A stretch of 64,000 nucleotides of DNA from NCBI GenBank assembly GCA_964466035.1, contig CAYXLR010000001.1, positions 114,130 to 178,129 of the forward strand, in the 5' to 3' direction. Below the pieces are notes generated by a model, which had not been told where the DNA came from, did not search any database, and was given only the letters and a program-made list of their open reading frames with translations. Origin of the DNA: an uncultured Thermotogae bacterium (GTDB lineage Bacteria > Bipolaricaulota > Bipolaricaulia > UBA7950 > UBA9294). Shown here in pieces: positions 41,870 through 51,131 of the stretch. Numbering within the stretch: the first letter of the stretch is position 1; each line of letters begins with the position of its first letter. A program made the position numbers and the translations under genes.

Positions 41870-43044
41870 GGAGCCTGCGCCGTCTCCGCGTCGAGGTCGA
41901 TCGGCATCCGGACGCCGGCGTGTGCCCGGATCCATTCGATCGCGACGTCGACCGGGTCCTGCCCCTCCTCGACGACGATGTCCGGCGTCAGTCCGATCCC
42001 GTTGACGACCTTCCGGTCGGGGGTGAAGTACTCCCCCGCGGTGATCTTCAGGGCCGAACCGTCGGGGAACTCGATCAGCTGCTGGTAGACGCCCTTGCCG
42101 AACGACGGCTCGCCGATCAGGATCCCCATGTCGTTGTCGCGGATCGCGCCGGCGGTGATCTCCGACGCGCTCGCCGAACCGCGGTTGATCAGAACGGCCA
42201 ACGGGACGTTCGGGATCCGGTTCCCCCGCGCGTAGTACTCCTTTTCGTCGCTCAGCCGATCCTGGGTGATCAGGAGGACGCCCTCGTCGACGAACCGGCT
42301 GGAGACGGAGATCGCCTCGTTCAGGAGGCCGCCCGGGTTGTTCCGGAGGTCGAGGATGAAGCCGGTGAGGGCGTCGAGATCGAACGACAGAAGGGCCGCG
42401 TCGAGCTCGGTCGTCGTGTCCTCCTCGAACCGGTACAGGCGGATGTAGCCGATCGTTCCGTCGCCGTGAAGCTCGCTCTTGACCGGCTCGAGGACGATCG
42501 TGTCGCGGACGATCGGGACGTCCTCGATCGATCCGTCTTCGTGCCGGACGGTGAGCGTCACCGTCGTGCCGATCTCGCCGCGGATCCGCAGCGCCGCCTC
42601 GGTGAGCGTCATGCCCTCCGTCGACTCCCCGTCGATGTTGAGGATCTGATCGCCGGCTTCGACGCCCGCCGCCTCGGCCGGCGTTCCGACCAGCGGCGTG
42701 ATCACGGTGATCACGTTGTCGACGATCGACAGCTCGATCCCGACGCCGGAGAACTCGCCTTCGAGGGACTCGTCGAAACGTCGCCGGTCGTCCGGGTCGA
42801 GGAACTCGCTGTACGGGTCGTCGAGATGCTCGACCACGCCCTTCATCGCGCCGTAGAGCGCCTTCTGGTCGTCGATCCGATCCGGCTGATAGAAATAGCT
42901 CTTGATGTACTGGTAGATCTGGTAGACGGGGGCGAACAGGTCGCCGCTCGATTCCTGGGCTCCGCCGACACCGAGCGCGAGGACGAGGAGGATCGCCGGG
43001 ATCAGGACGGCGAGGCCCTTTCTCCACATTCTCCGGTTTGCCAT
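41866..43044 (-). CDS. ctpA: Carboxyl-terminal processing protease (S41 family, PDZ domain)
   Basis: FSGVGIEL..., PDZ (GTPAEAAGVEAGDQILNIDG), LDLRNNPGG, GSASASEI, FGKG. ATG 43044 or GTG 43053. Confidence 0.85.
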   Translation of the reverse strand: MANRRMWRKGLAVLIPAILLVLALGVGGAQESSGDLFAPVYQIYQYIKSYFYQPDRIDDQKALYGAMKGVVEHLDDPYSEFLDPDDRRRFDESLEGEFSGVGIELSIVDNVITVITPLVGTPAEAAGVEAGDQILNIDGESTEGMTLTEAALRIRGEIGTTVTLTVRHEDGSIEDVPIVRDTIVLEPVKSELHGDGTIGYIRLYRFEEDTTTELDAALLSFDLDALTGFILDLRNNPGGLLNEAISVSSRFVDEGVLLITQDRLSDEKEYYARGNRIPNVPLAVLINRGSASASEITAGAIRDNDMGILIGEPSFGKGVYQQLIEFPDGSALKITAGEYFTPDRKVVNGIGLTPDIVVEEGQDPVDVAIEWIRAHAGVRMPIDLDAETAQAP

Positions 43045-43098
43045 GCGTCTCACCCCTGGGGATCGGATTGTACTGTACCGACGGCGCGATATCCGAGG

Positions 43099-44319
43099 TC
43101 AGTCGGCCTCGAGGCCGAGGTACTCCCGCTGCGCGGGGGTGAGGGCGTCGATGGCGACCCCGAGCGTCTCGAGCTTCCATCGGGCGACCCGATCGTCGAT
43201 CTCCGACGGAACGGCGTAGACGTCGGGCGGGAGCGGGGCGTTCGCGAGCAGGTGTCGGAGCGTCAGCGCCTGGATCGCGAACGACAGGTCCATGATCTCC
43301 ACCGGATGGCCGTCGCCGAGCACGAGGTTGACGAGCCTCCCCTCGCCGAGGAGGTAGAGGCGTCGGCCGTCCGGGAGTGCGTACTCCTCGACGCCCTCCC
43401 GGACCGTTCTCTGGGATCGCGCGAGGCCGGCGAGCGCCTCCGGGCGGACTTCGACGTTGAAGTGCCCGGCGTTGGCGAGGACGAGTCCGTCCTTGGCGTT
43501 GGGAAGCGCCGATTCGGGGACGGCGTCGGCGCACCCCGTGGCGGTGATCACGAGGTCGGCGTGGCGAATCGCTTCGGCGATCGGCGCGACGGCGAAGCCT
43601 TCCATCCATGCTTCCAGAGCGGCGATCGGGTCGACCTCGCAGATCGTCACCCGTGCGCCGAGGCCCCGCGCGCGCTGAGCGATCCCCCGGCCGCACCAGC
43701 CGTAGCCGACCACGACGACCGACTTCCCGGCGATCAGGAGGTTCGTCGACCGGAAGATCCCGTCCCACACCGATTGCCCCGTGCCGTAGCGGTTGTCGAA
43801 CAGGGTCTTCATCTTCGCGTCGTTCACCGCGAACATCGGGAAGCGGAGCTTCTTCTCCCGCGCCAGGATGCGCAGCCGGGCGACGCCGGTCGTCGTCTCC
43901 TCGCACCCGCCGATCACGTCCTCCTGCGGCGCCTCCTGGAGGAGCGCGACCAGGTCTCCGCCGTCGTCGAGGATCAGGTGCGGGTGACAGGCCAGCGTGC
44001 TCGCGAGGTCCTCCGCGTACTCCGCCTTGGAGGCGCCGTGCCTCGCGTGGACGGCGATCCGATCCTCCTGCGCCAGCGCCGCGGCGACGTCGTCCTGGGT
44101 CGACAGCGGGTTGCTCCCGGTGACCCAGACGTCGGCCCCGCTGTCGCGGAGGAGGATCGCGAGGCAGGCCGTCTTCGCCTCCAGGTGAATGCTCATCGCG
44201 ATCCGCTTGCCGGCGAACGGCCGCTCGTCGCGAAACGCGGTTTGCAATCGATTGAGCAACGGCATGCGGGTCGCGGCCCAATCGATCCTCGCGCGGCCCC
44301 GCTCAGGATTCGGTGCCAT
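43099..44319 (-). CDS. ahcY: Adenosylhomocysteinase (short form)
   Basis: DDGGDL, EETTTGV, NDAKMKTLFDNRYGTGQS, VVVGYGWCGRGIA. GAGGAGG 6 nt upstream of the ATG. Confidence 0.9.
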   Translation of the reverse strand: MAPNPERGRARIDWAATRMPLLNRLQTAFRDERPFAGKRIAMSIHLEAKTACLAILLRDSGADVWVTGSNPLSTQDDVAAALAQEDRIAVHARHGASKAEYAEDLASTLACHPHLILDDGGDLVALLQEAPQEDVIGGCEETTTGVARLRILAREKKLRFPMFAVNDAKMKTLFDNRYGTGQSVWDGIFRSTNLLIAGKSVVVVGYGWCGRGIAQRARGLGARVTICEVDPIAALEAWMEGFAVAPIAEAIRHADLVITATGCADAVPESALPNAKDGLVLANAGHFNVEVRPEALAGLARSQRTVREGVEEYALPDGRRLYLLGEGRLVNLVLGDGHPVEIMDLSFAIQALTLRHLLANAPLPPDVYAVPSEIDDRVARWKLETLGVAIDALTPAQREYLGLEAD

Positions 44320-45184
44320 ACGGTGCCTCCTCGCTTCGCAGGCTGAGATAGATGCCGACGAGTATGATGGCCGCTCCGAGGAGGTTCAACCCTCCGGGAA
44401 CCTCGCCGAAGATGCCGATCGCGAGAAGCGTCGAGCAGACCGGCTCGCCGAGGACGAAGACGGAGACCCTCGACGCCGACAGCCGCCGGAGGGCCCAGTT
44501 GATCGTCGAGTGACCGATGAGCTGCGGAACGACGGCGAGCAGGACGAGGTACGCGTAGGTGGTCGGGGCGTACCCGATCACCGGCGTGCGCGTCGCCAGG
44601 CAGAGGAGCAGGACCAGCACGGCCGCCGTCCCGTAGCTGACCGCGGCGTATTCGAACAGCGACACGGTCCGCCGAACGCGGCGGCCGATCAGGAAGTAGA
44701 CCGCGGCCATCAGCCCGCCGCCGAGCGCGAGGAGATCCCCCCGAAGGGCCGGTCCTCCGAATCGGAGGTCGCCGAACCCGATCAGCGCGCCCCCGACGAC
44801 GGCGAGGACGATCCCCACCGACAGGATCCCGGAGGGCCGCTCGCGGAGGAAGAGGATCGAGCCGAGCCCGACGAAGACGGGATGGGTGGACACGAACAGG
44901 ACCGAGCTGGCGACCGTCGTGTGCTCGAGGGAGGAGATCCAGAGGACGAAGTGAGCCGCCAGCACGGCGCCGCTGACGACCGACCAGAGCGCGGTCCGCC
45001 GATCGAACGACCGCTCCTTACGGAACGCGGCGATCGGCACCAGAACGAGCGCCGCGATCGTCAGCCTCCACGCCGCGACGGCGAACGGGGAGGCCTCGTT
45101 GGCGAGCCGGGCGAAGATCGCCCCGAACGAGACGGCGACGATGCCCAGCGCGATCCGAGGGTAGAGACCATCGTTGGCACGCAT
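44303..45184 (-). CDS. EamA/DMT-family transporter
   Basis: 293 aa, ten predicted TM helices in two EamA repeats. The 3' end overlaps the ahcY start by 17 nt. Confidence 0.8.
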   Translation of the reverse strand: MRANDGLYPRIALGIVAVSFGAIFARLANEASPFAVAAWRLTIAALVLVPIAAFRKERSFDRRTALWSVVSGAVLAAHFVLWISSLEHTTVASSVLFVSTHPVFVGLGSILFLRERPSGILSVGIVLAVVGGALIGFGDLRFGGPALRGDLLALGGGLMAAVYFLIGRRVRRTVSLFEYAAVSYGTAAVLVLLLCLATRTPVIGYAPTTYAYLVLLAVVPQLIGHSTINWALRRLSASRVSVFVLGEPVCSTLLAIGIFGEVPGGLNLLGAAIILVGIYLSLRSEEAPYGTES

Positions 45185-45208
45185 GTCGGCTCCTGGGCGA
45201 ATGGTATC

Positions 45209-46087
45209 TCAGCGTCCGAGGGCTCGCTCGATCTCGGGAAGCGCTTGCCGGGCGGCCGCTTCGCCGGCCTCGATCCCGCAGCCGACATCGGAGTAGCAGG
45301 GGGGATCGGCGGAGAAATCGGGGCGGATCAGGACGTCCGGCGGGTGGGCCGTGAGGAGGAGGTCGGAGAGGCGCTTCTGGAAGACGGTCGACATCTGGAA
45401 GAGGACCGAGAAGACGCTCGGGTGGAATCTGCGGCCGTTGTGGGACGGCGGGTCCAGCTCCTTCGCGATGCCGAGGACGCGCTCCCGCGCCCCGAGGTAC
45501 GGAAGGCCGGAGAGCTCGACCTCTCCCGGGTCGACGAGGACGTCGACGCCGATGACCACGTCGGAGCCGAGCCGGCGGGCGACGTCGACCGGCATGGGAT
45601 TGGAGACGCCTCCGTCGATCAGCAGGCGGCCGTCGAGCCAGACGGGATTGAACAGGCCGGGGACCGAGATGGACGCCCGGATCGCCTCGACGAGCGATCC
45701 GCACCGGATCGGGAACGGTTCGCCGGACCGAAGATCCGTCGCCACGGCGGCGTACTCCGTCGCCAGATCCTCGATGAGAGGATCCCCGATCAGCTTCTGC
45801 AGGAAGTGCGTGATCCCGTTCCCCGAGCTCCAACCGGACCATGGGATCGTGGGGAAGAGGGTCCTGAAGACGTGGCCGAACGAGCTCGACCGCCACAACG
45901 CTTCGAGTTTGTCGAGACCGACGCCGGAGGCGTAGATTCCGCCGACCTGCGCCCCCATGCTCGATCCGGCGATCACGTCAGGCTCGATCCCGTTCTCCGC
46001 GAGAACCTTGAGGACCCCGACGTGTGCCGCTCCCCGCGCTCCCCCGCTGGAGAGCGCCAACCCGATCCTCCGCTCACCCAAGCTCAC
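45209..46087 (-). CDS. Patatin-like phospholipase
   Basis: LSSGGARGAAHVGVL (oxyanion GGxRG), GSSMG nucleophile elbow, DGGVSNP catalytic Asp motif. GTG start. Confidence 0.85.
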   Translation of the reverse strand: MSLGERRIGLALSSGGARGAAHVGVLKVLAENGIEPDVIAGSSMGAQVGGIYASGVGLDKLEALWRSSSFGHVFRTLFPTIPWSGWSSGNGITHFLQKLIGDPLIEDLATEYAAVATDLRSGEPFPIRCGSLVEAIRASISVPGLFNPVWLDGRLLIDGGVSNPMPVDVARRLGSDVVIGVDVLVDPGEVELSGLPYLGARERVLGIAKELDPPSHNGRRFHPSVFSVLFQMSTVFQKRLSDLLLTAHPPDVLIRPDFSADPPCYSDVGCGIEAGEAAARQALPEIERALGR

Positions 46088-46197
46088 TCACCGCGTCTAT
46101 CCTAACCGGAAAGGGAATTCACGCCAATCGGCAAACCGGCGCTTCCGCCGCGGACGCGGCACGCCGCCGGAGAACGCGCCGGTCACTCCGAGACGAA

Positions 46198-46229
46198 CAC
46201 GGGGAACGCTCGAAACGACGTTCCCCGTG
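46198..46229 (-). terminator. Terminator hairpin downstream of the ferredoxin gene
   Basis: 11-bp stem CACGGGGAACG / CGTTCCCCGTG with a 10-nt loop, 10 nt after the stop. On the minus strand it is followed by UUCGUCU. Confidence 0.55.
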
Positions 46230-46239
46230 AGAACCGAAC

Positions 46240-46410
46240 CTAGGCGCTGATCGCGCCGACCGGGCACTGATCGACGGCGTCCTGGATGCAGTCAGCGGTC
46301 GCACCCTCGATGGCGACCGCCTTGCCCTCGGCGTTCATCTCAAACGCGTCGGCGCAGATCTGCGTGCACAGCCCGCATCCGACGCAAAGGTCCTGATCGA
46401 CCTTGGCCAT
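46240..46410 (-). CDS. Small [4Fe-4S]/[3Fe-4S] ferredoxin
   Basis: Internal ATG 46410 with AGGAGG upstream. MAKVDQDLCVGCGLCTQICADAF...CIQDAVDQCPVGAI (CxxCxxC...CP). Confidence 0.85.
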   Translation of the reverse strand: MAKVDQDLCVGCGLCTQICADAFEMNAEGKAVAIEGATADCIQDAVDQCPVGAISA

Positions 46411-46581
46411 GGGACCCTCCTCCTTTCCTGGATGGATGCATGAGAACTCCGACGGTGCGAAGGATATCACACGCTCCTAGGCGTTCCAACCCGCCTGCAG
46501 TTTGGGTGACGCGCGGAGGTTTGTTCGGCCGGAACCGTTTCAGTATAGTGGGCCGCATCAGCCCCTAGGAGGTCGGAGAGG

Positions 46582-47532
46582 ATGAGGAGACTCCTGCTGT
46601 TCACGGTGTTGGCGATGCTGGTCGGTGGCGGAACCGCTCTGGCGATCACGGTCGACGAGGCGCTCGGTCTGTTCCAGGGAAGCGACATCATGATCCCCTA
46701 CAGCGAAGAGGGGAGGGCGACGCTCGATGAGATGATCGCAGTGTTCCGAGGGGCGCTCGGGGTCCCACACGAGCTCGATGAGACGAACGAAGACGCCGTC
46801 ATGGCGTTCAACGTGGACGCCGGCCTGATCGATCTTATCAACAAGCTGTCACAGACGTACTACACGCTCGCCGACGCGTTCCTCGGAGGCCAACCGGAGG
46901 AGCGGCCCACGTATCTGCGCGGGAAGCACTGGGGTCTGAAGGCGCTACGGATGATCCCCGAGTTCACCGCCGCGGAGTCGTCCGACGGCTTCGTCGCGGC
47001 GGTCGCCACCGCGGGGGACGTCGAAAGCCTGTATTGGGCGTCGGCGAACTGGCTCCGCGCGGCGGAGTTCAATCCGCTCGAGGCCGTCTTCGCCGGCGTG
47101 CCGGAGAAGACCGACGCGATGTCGCTCCGGGGTCTCGAACTGGACGAGACGTACATGAACTACGGCTCCTATCGAGCCCTCGCTGCGTTCTGGGCCGGTC
47201 TGCCCAAGCTCCCCGCCGGCTACTACCGGAAGAACTGGAGCCGGTCTCTCGGCTACTTCTGCCACATCGTGGACGAGCCGGAGATCTGCGCCGATTCGGA
47301 CTGCGACGTCTGCCCGGAGCTCGGCGAGTACGATCCCGTGCACGACGAGTACTTCGAGAACCGGGTGTTCTTCGTCGAGTTCTACTTGATCCCGCGGGAC
47401 ATGTGGGAAGACGCGAAGCGGATCCTCGACGGCGTTCTCGCCGAGCCGATCGGCGAGCGGTACCCGCTGTACAACGCGATCTCGCAGGAGAAGGCGGTCG
47501 GGTTCCTCGGAGAGGTCGAGGAGCATCTATAG
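46582..47532 (+). CDS. Exported helical-repeat protein, possibly TatT (TRAP-T accessory) family-like
   Basis: TAGGAGG upstream. Signal peptide MRRLLLFTVLAMLVGGGTALA. The helical, Tyr/Trp-rich pattern (LYWASANWLRAAEF...) recalls TatT-like TPR proteins. Family assignment is from memory only. Confidence 0.45.
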   Translation: MRRLLLFTVLAMLVGGGTALAITVDEALGLFQGSDIMIPYSEEGRATLDEMIAVFRGALGVPHELDETNEDAVMAFNVDAGLIDLINKLSQTYYTLADAFLGGQPEERPTYLRGKHWGLKALRMIPEFTAAESSDGFVAAVATAGDVESLYWASANWLRAAEFNPLEAVFAGVPEKTDAMSLRGLELDETYMNYGSYRALAAFWAGLPKLPAGYYRKNWSRSLGYFCHIVDEPEICADSDCDVCPELGEYDPVHDEYFENRVFFVEFYLIPRDMWEDAKRILDGVLAEPIGERYPLYNAISQEKAVGFLGEVEEHL

Positions 47533-47724
47533 CGCAGTGATCCAGCTTACAGCTGGATCACGCGCTTTGGACGAAGGGCTCAGCGGAAGCTGAGCCCTTC
47601 GTCGTTGATCTCACTCGCGTGGTTTGCCCAAGAGCCAGTTGCTTGGCTCGCCAGACCAGACGAAGGCGCCGGATTCACATCGAGGCGCCTTCGTCCGTGC
47701 TAGCACCGCTGAAGCGGTGCTAGC
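47532..47724. terminator. Cluster of four near-perfect GC hairpins filling a convergent spacer (bidirectional terminator region)
   Basis: H1 47532-47565 (15 bp with one bulge, then TTT). H2 47570-47603 (15 bp, GGAA loop). Small hairpin 47632-47649. H3 47659-47695 (12 bp). H4 47699-47724 (11 bp, TGAA loop). The stop codons of both flanking genes lie inside H1 and H4. Confidence 0.7.
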
Positions 47725-48544
47725 CAGAACGCTTCAACCTCCCGGTCCGCTTCGCGAACCGCTCGACGTACCGGAAGATGAACAGCCCGATCACGATGAT
47801 CGCCACGCCGACGCCGATCAGCGTGAACACGTTCGGCAACAGCTTCACCGTCGACTCGCCCTCGAGCAGGCAGGCGCGCATCCCCTTGATCACGTACGTC
47901 GCCGGCGAGACGGCCGCGATCCGCTGCAGCCAGCCGGGCAGCGTCTCGATGGGATAGTAGACGCCCGAGATCAGAAGCAGGATCGCCGCGACCGCGTTCG
48001 TCATCTGCGCGCCGCGCTCCGGGTAAAGGAGCGGGAGGACCGCGGCGAGGATCCCGAGGCCGACGAACGACACGGACCCGGCCAACAGCATCAGCACCGT
48101 GCCGACGATGTTTGCCCCGCCGAGGTTCAGGCGGAAGAAGGCGACGACGATCCCGAGGATGGCGAGCGTGCGGACGATCCCGTAGCCGATCGCGAACAGC
48201 GTCGTGCCGACCAGGTGCGTCGGCCGGGAGACGGGCGCCATGAACGTGTACTCGATCGTCCCCTCCCAGCGCTCCCACGCGATCATCTCGCTGATCGCGT
48301 AGAAGATCACCGACAGGTACTGCCAGATCAGCGCGCCGACGAGCAGGTACGTCACGACGTACTGGGTGTCGATCTCCTGCCCGGAGATCGCGCTCATCCC
48401 TTTGCCGATGTAGGTGATCGCGAGCGCGTTGGTCAGCGAGTAGATCAGCCAGACGAGCTCCCAGCCCCAGTAGCGCTTCATCAGGTTGACGTTCCGCTCG
48501 ACGAACGCGTACGCACCGCGCATCTCCCGAACGAACGTGCTCAT
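47720..48544 (-). CDS. ABC-2 type exporter permease
   Basis: ORF track 47720..48718 trimmed to ATG 48544 (ATGA overlap with the ATPase stop). MSTFVREMRGAYAFVERNVNLMKRYWGWELVWLIY..., six TM helices. Confidence 0.8.
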   Translation of the reverse strand: MSTFVREMRGAYAFVERNVNLMKRYWGWELVWLIYSLTNALAITYIGKGMSAISGQEIDTQYVVTYLLVGALIWQYLSVIFYAISEMIAWERWEGTIEYTFMAPVSRPTHLVGTTLFAIGYGIVRTLAILGIVVAFFRLNLGGANIVGTVLMLLAGSVSFVGLGILAAVLPLLYPERGAQMTNAVAAILLLISGVYYPIETLPGWLQRIAAVSPATYVIKGMRACLLEGESTVKLLPNVFTLIGVGVAIIVIGLFIFRYVERFAKRTGRLKRSG

Positions 48545-49383
48545 GCTCCCACCTCCTCCTCGACCTCGGCTTCCTCGAAGCCGCGTCCGGTCAACGCGAT
48601 GAACACGTCCTCGAGCGTCGGCTTGTCGCTGTTGTTCGACGGGACAAGCGCCTTCAGCCCTTCGGGCGTGTCGAGGGCGACGATCCGCCCCTCGTCGATG
48701 ATCGCGATGCGGTCGCACAGCTTGTCGGCCTCGTCCATGTCGTGCGTCGTCAGCAGGACGGTCGCGTCGTGCGTCGCGCGGATCTCGCGGACGAACGCCT
48801 GGACGTCCCGCTTCGAGTGCGGGTCGAGACCGGTCGTCGGCTCGTCGAGGAGCAGGAGGATCGGCGAGGTCAGGAATCCGCGCGCCACCGCGACCTTCTG
48901 CTGCATCCCACGCGACATCTGCTCCATCGGGTTGTTGAACGTCTCCTCCTTCAGCCCGAGGCGCTTCATGATCTGGCGCATCTTCGCACGGGCCTCCTTG
49001 GGTTCGAGGCCGTAGAGGCGCGCGGCGTACATCAGGTTCTCGATCGGCGAGAACTTCTTGAAGAACGCGGCGTCGACCGACACGCGGTTGATCATCCGCT
49101 TGACGGCGAACGGGTCGTGCTCGACGTCGTGGCCGAAGACGCGCAGCGATCCGCCGTCGGGGAGAAGGAGCGTCGAGACGAGGCGGATCAGCGTCGACTT
49201 CCCCGACCCGTTCGGGCCGAGGACGCCGAACACCTCGCCGCGCTCGATCCTCAGGTCGATCTCTCTCAGCGCGACGACTTCTTCTTTCCTTCGGGTTCTA
49301 CGAAGCCAACGGCGCCGCTTGGTGCGGTTCTTGCGGACGAACACCTTGCGCACGCTCTCGGCTTCGAGCGCATACGTACGCAT
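48541..49383 (-). CDS. ABC-2 type exporter ATP-binding protein
   Basis: GPNGSGKST, MSRGMQQKVAVA, LLLDEPTTGLD, TTHDMDEA. Confidence 0.85.
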   Translation of the reverse strand: MRTYALEAESVRKVFVRKNRTKRRRWLRRTRRKEEVVALREIDLRIERGEVFGVLGPNGSGKSTLIRLVSTLLLPDGGSLRVFGHDVEHDPFAVKRMINRVSVDAAFFKKFSPIENLMYAARLYGLEPKEARAKMRQIMKRLGLKEETFNNPMEQMSRGMQQKVAVARGFLTSPILLLLDEPTTGLDPHSKRDVQAFVREIRATHDATVLLTTHDMDEADKLCDRIAIIDEGRIVALDTPEGLKALVPSNNSDKPTLEDVFIALTGRGFEEAEVEEEVGA

Positions 49384-49433
49384 GACGACTCCCTAGCTAT
49401 GGCTCTTGGGACGATGGAACAAACCGGCCGACT

Positions 49434-49584
49434 GAGAACTCTTCGAGTTCTTTGGCAGAACCTCCGGTTCTGCTGCCGACATGAAAGCCGACGAACAACT
49501 CTCCGAGTTATTGAGCGGAACTTGGTTCCGCGGGCGACAACGGGCGGCTCTGCGAGCCGCTTGGCAGAACCTTCGGTTCTGCTT
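49434..49584. repeat. Direct repeats of paired tri-loop hairpins in the glnA upstream region
   Basis: GAACTC-TTC-GAGTTC (49436-49450) with GCAGAACC-TCC-GGTTCTGC (49455-49473). Repeated as GGCTC-TGC-GAGCC (49546-49558) with GCAGAACC-TTC-GGTTCTGC (49564-49582). Also AACTC-TCC-GAGTT (49497-49509). Confidence 0.75.
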
Positions 49585-49811
49585 CCGAAGATCCCACCGT
49601 GGCCGTCGAACGGCGGGCCGCGAGGGCCTTAGGTGCTTAGAATCCTCATCGTTTCGCAACCTCCCGAGAAGGCCCGGAAGGGCCGGTTTGATTGGAAGGC
49701 ATTGTAGCAAGCCGGGTGCCGCAATGCAACGGCAGGTCTTGGATTGCTTGCTATCGGACCGCAGTCGACCTAAACTGCCTCCATCCCAACAGCGTACGCA
49801 GGAGGTGAGCT

Positions 49812-51131
49812 ATGGCGGAGAGGAAGACGGCCGAGGTGCTGGCCAGGGTGAAGGAAGCGAAGGTGCAGTTTGTCCAGCTGTGGTTCACCGACCTGCTGGG
49901 CAACCTCAAGAGCCTTGAGATCCCGGCGAGCGAGCTGGAAACGGCGCTCGACGAGGGGATCGGCTTCGATGGCTCGTCGGTTCACGGCTTCGCGCGGATC
50001 GATGAGAGCGACATGCTCGTCCGCCCGGACCCGGACACGTTCGTCGTCCTGCCCTGGGAGAACGTCGGGCGGCTGATCTGTGACATCGTCCAGCCTGGCG
50101 GCGAGTCGTACAAGGGCGACCCGCGCTGGATCCTGAAGCAGGCGCTCGCCCGCGCCGCCGACCGCGAGCTGAGGATGCTCGTCGGCCCCGAGCTGGAGTA
50201 CTTCTATCTCCGATCGGATCGATCGCTCGACACGCTCGATTCGGCCGGATACTTCGACCTCTCCCCTCCGGACGTGTCGACCGAGATCCGGCGGGAGACC
50301 GTCCTCGCGATCGAGTCGATGGGCATCCCGGTCGAGGCGGCGCACCACGAGGTCGCCCCGAGCCAGCAGGAGATCGACCTGCGGCACTGCGACGCGCTGA
50401 GCATGGCCGATCGCCTGATGACCTGCCGCTACGCGATCAAGGAGGTCGCCCGGCGCCGCGGCGTGCACGCGACGTTCATGCCGAAGCCGCTCAACGCCGA
50501 GAACGGGTCGGGGATGCACACCCACATGTCGCTCGCCGGCCTCGACGGGTCGAACGCCTTCTTCGACGCCGAGGATCCGCTGCACCTGTCGGCGCTCGCC
50601 CGCGGCTACATCGCGGGGATCATGCGCCACGCCAAGGAAATCACCGGCGTCTGCGCGCAGTGGGTCAACTCGTTCAAGCGGCTCGTGCCCGGGTACGAAG
50701 CGCCGGTTTACATCACGTGGGCGCGGCGGAACCGCAGCAACATGATCCGCATTCCGATGTACAAGCCGGGCCAGGAATCGACGACGCGGATCGAGTTTCG
50801 CGTGCCGGACTCGGCCTGCAATCCGTACCTCGCGTTCGCCGTGCTCCTGCACGCCGGGCTCGAGGGGATCGAGCAGGGCTACCCGCTGCCGGACCCGGTC
50901 GAGGTCGACGTCTACCACCTGACCGACGAGGAGCGGGACGAACTCGGGATCGAGACCCTGCCCGGCAGCCTCAACGAGGCGATCGCCTGCATGCGGGAAA
51001 GCGAGCTCGTGCGACGGGCGCTCGGCGACCACATCTTCGACAAGTTCATCGAGAACAAGCAGATCGAATGGGACGCCTACCGCTCGCAGGTGCATCAATA
51101 TGAAATTGATCGATATCTACCGATCTTGTAG
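49812..51131 (+). CDS. glnA: Glutamine synthetase, type I
   Basis: AGGAGG 6 nt upstream. FTDLLGNLKSLEIP, GFDGSSVHGF, HHEVAPSQQEIDL, NGSGMHTHMSL, SACNPYLAFAVLL. 439 aa. Confidence 0.95.
   Translation: MAERKTAEVLARVKEAKVQFVQLWFTDLLGNLKSLEIPASELETALDEGIGFDGSSVHGFARIDESDMLVRPDPDTFVVLPWENVGRLICDIVQPGGESYKGDPRWILKQALARAADRELRMLVGPELEYFYLRSDRSLDTLDSAGYFDLSPPDVSTEIRRETVLAIESMGIPVEAAHHEVAPSQQEIDLRHCDALSMADRLMTCRYAIKEVARRRGVHATFMPKPLNAENGSGMHTHMSLAGLDGSNAFFDAEDPLHLSALARGYIAGIMRHAKEITGVCAQWVNSFKRLVPGYEAPVYITWARRNRSNMIRIPMYKPGQESTTRIEFRVPDSACNPYLAFAVLLHAGLEGIEQGYPLPDPVEVDVYHLTDEERDELGIETLPGSLNEAIACMRESELVRRALGDHIFDKFIENKQIEWDAYRSQVHQYEIDRYLPIL

Noticed and set aside
49648-49705. Glutamine (glnA-motif) riboswitch in the glnA leader: ATCGTTTCGCAACCTCCCGAGAAGGCCCGGAAGGGCCGGTTTGATTGGAAGGCATTG contains CGTT, CGGAAG and GGAAGG words
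   Set aside because: I could not form the closing P1 helix (CGUUC...GAACG) or the E-loop arrangement I recall for that motif. The resemblance is limited to short purine-rich words. Only a cmsearch could rescue it.
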